Assembly (NCBI GenBank): GCA_945871085.1
Contig: CAMBVX010000001.1
Span: 7,347 to 71,346, forward strand
Length of the DNA stretch: 64,000 nt
Source: Opitutus sp. GAS368
Lineage (GTDB): Bacteria > Verrucomicrobiota > Verrucomicrobiia > Opitutales > Opitutaceae
Direction of reading: 5' to 3'
The notes under the pieces were generated by a model that saw only the letters and a program-made list of their open reading frames with translations, ran no database searches and was not told the DNA's origin. Positions 63,025 through 64,000 of the stretch are shown in pieces (the first letter of the stretch is position 1; each line of letters starts with the position of its first letter). Made by a program: the position numbers and the translations under genes.

Positions 63025-64000
63025 CGTTGATTGCGAGTTGCTCGCCGACGCGCTGGGGCCGACGGCGAATCCTCCCGGTTCGCAGCCGCCGGTGCCGCCG
63101 GTGCGCGCCGCGCGTATCTTCGCCGCCGGCGACCGGCTCGCCACGCGGCTGGACACCTGGTTGGAGCGCTGGCTCCCGCGCGAACTGAATCCACTCGCGC
63201 ACCTCGGCGCGGCGGCCAACGCCATGCTCGTCCTCGCCACGCTCTCCGGCGTGCTGATGCTCATCTGGTATTCGGCGAGTGTGCAGTCGGCGTGGCATTC
63301 CCTCGCCGATCTGGCGCCGCGCTCCTTCGGCGGGCTCGTGCGCAGTGTCCATCGCTACTCGTCCGACCTCGTCATGCTGCTCGTGCTCGCTCATGCGCTG
63401 CGCACGCTCCTCGCGCGCAAGTTCGCCGATGCCCGCTGGCTCGCGTGGGTCAGCGGCATCGCGCTGCTGGGGCTCGTGTGGTTCATCGGCTGGAGCGGCT
63501 ACTGGCTCGTGTGGGACGTGCGCGCGCAACTCCTCGCCCTCGACAGCATTCGCGCGCTCGATGTATTGCCGATCTTTGGGGAACCGATGCTGCGCCTCTT
63601 CACCTCCGATGCCACGGTGCCGTCGCTCCTGTTTTTTGTCGTTTTTTTTCTCCACATGTCGCTCCCGCTCGGGATCGCGGGCGGGCTCGCCCTGCACCTC
63701 GCACGCCAGAGCCGCACGCAACTGCTGCCGAACTGGCGGCTCTCGGTCTGGCTGGCGGGCGCGGTCGTCGTGGCCGCGCTCGTATTCCCAGCGACCAACG
63801 CCGCCGTCGCGCAGATGGCGGTCAAACCCGCCCGGTTCACGATGGACTGGTGGTTTCTCTGGCCGCTCGCAATCACCGCGCGCCTCTCCGGTGGTGGCAT
63901 CTGGCTCACGACGGTGCTCGCCACCGCCGGCTTGATGACCGTTCCGTGGTGGCTCGCGCGCCGTCGGCCGCGCCCGACGTTTCAGGCGACCGTCAACGTC
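62999..64000 (+). CDS. Di-haem cytochrome b-like membrane protein (3' end beyond window; not in supplied ORF track)
   Basis: Frame 2 is open from ATG 62999 to the window end: MPSPHEHPD...LVRSVHRYSSDLVMLLVLAHALR...FFVVFFLHMSLPLGIAGGLALHLAR. Two His pairs, each spaced 14 residues on predicted helices B and D, as in cytochrome b/b6. Overlaps the SenC gene by 26 nt. Confidence 0.7.
   Translation, partial: MPSPHEHPDVDCELLADALGPTANPPGSQPPVPPVRAARIFAAGDRLATRLDTWLERWLPRELNPLAHLGAAANAMLVLATLSGVLMLIWYSASVQSAWHSLADLAPRSFGGLVRSVHRYSSDLVMLLVLAHALRTLLARKFADARWLAWVSGIALLGLVWFIGWSGYWLVWDVRAQLLALDSIRALDVLPIFGEPMLRLFTSDATVPSLLFFVVFFLHMSLPLGIAGGLALHLARQSRTQLLPNWRLSVWLAGAVVVAALVFPATNAAVAQMAVKPARFTMDWWFLWPLAITARLSGGGIWLTTVLATAGLMTVPWWLARRRPRPTFQATVNV

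Noticed and set aside
63279-63935. 218-aa plus-strand ORF from the track
   Set aside because: The Cys/Arg/Ser-rich translation is in the wrong frame. Frame 2 over the same DNA gives a hydrophobic di-haem cytochrome b pattern and is open to the window end.

Overview
This is a high-GC (about 65%) bacterial chromosomal segment. The gene content and the very dense intergenic hairpin repeats resemble Verrucomicrobiota/Opitutales-type genomes, but that taxonomy is inference only. No rRNA, tRNA, CRISPR array, transposase or integrase was recognised.

Layout:
- 1-20 kb: housekeeping and envelope genes. These are Opp/Dpp permeases, an MsbA-like exporter plus methyltransferase plus GT9/GT2/GT2 glycan genes, msrA, ettA, a peroxiredoxin-like gene, murA and ruvB. 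Three type II toxin-antitoxin pairs (PIN x2, HicAB) are interleaved among them.
- 20.7-28.3 kb: a minus-strand operon of an OmpR-type regulator, a cupredoxin, a histidine kinase, an outer-membrane barrel and a 1041-aa Ig-repeat protein.
- 29-36 kb: a TAT-exported oxidoreductase, a TonB-dependent receptor and a sulfatase.
- 36.4-53.7 kb: ten consecutive minus-strand signalling genes. In transcription order they are CheB-CheR-PAS, two PAS-only proteins, a HisKA_2 kinase, a 1403-aa SBP-PAS-GAF kinase, two REC-kinase paralogs, a NarX-like kinase and a NarL-type regulator. Three spacers that share one composite repeat architecture (hairpin element + GAGAAC-type microsatellite + hairpin element) split them into blocks.
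- 53.9-64 kb: three FNR/Dnr-type boxes (TTGAY-N4-RTCAA) sit at class-II spacing in front of a porin, a NirK-like nitrite reductase with a C-terminal cupredoxin, and an operon. The operon encodes a degenerate haem-copper-oxidase (HCO) paralog, a 49-aa subunit-IIa-like peptide missing from the ORF track, a CuA subunit II, a B-family subunit I lacking the cross-link tyrosine, a membrane-anchored SCO1/SenC and a di-haem cytochrome b.

I consider the last module the most interesting candidate system: an anaerobically regulated nitrite/NO-handling respiratory module built on an atypical HCO. The repeat-punctuated signalling locus comes second. All functional calls come from motif reading of the supplied translations. 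No database search was possible.
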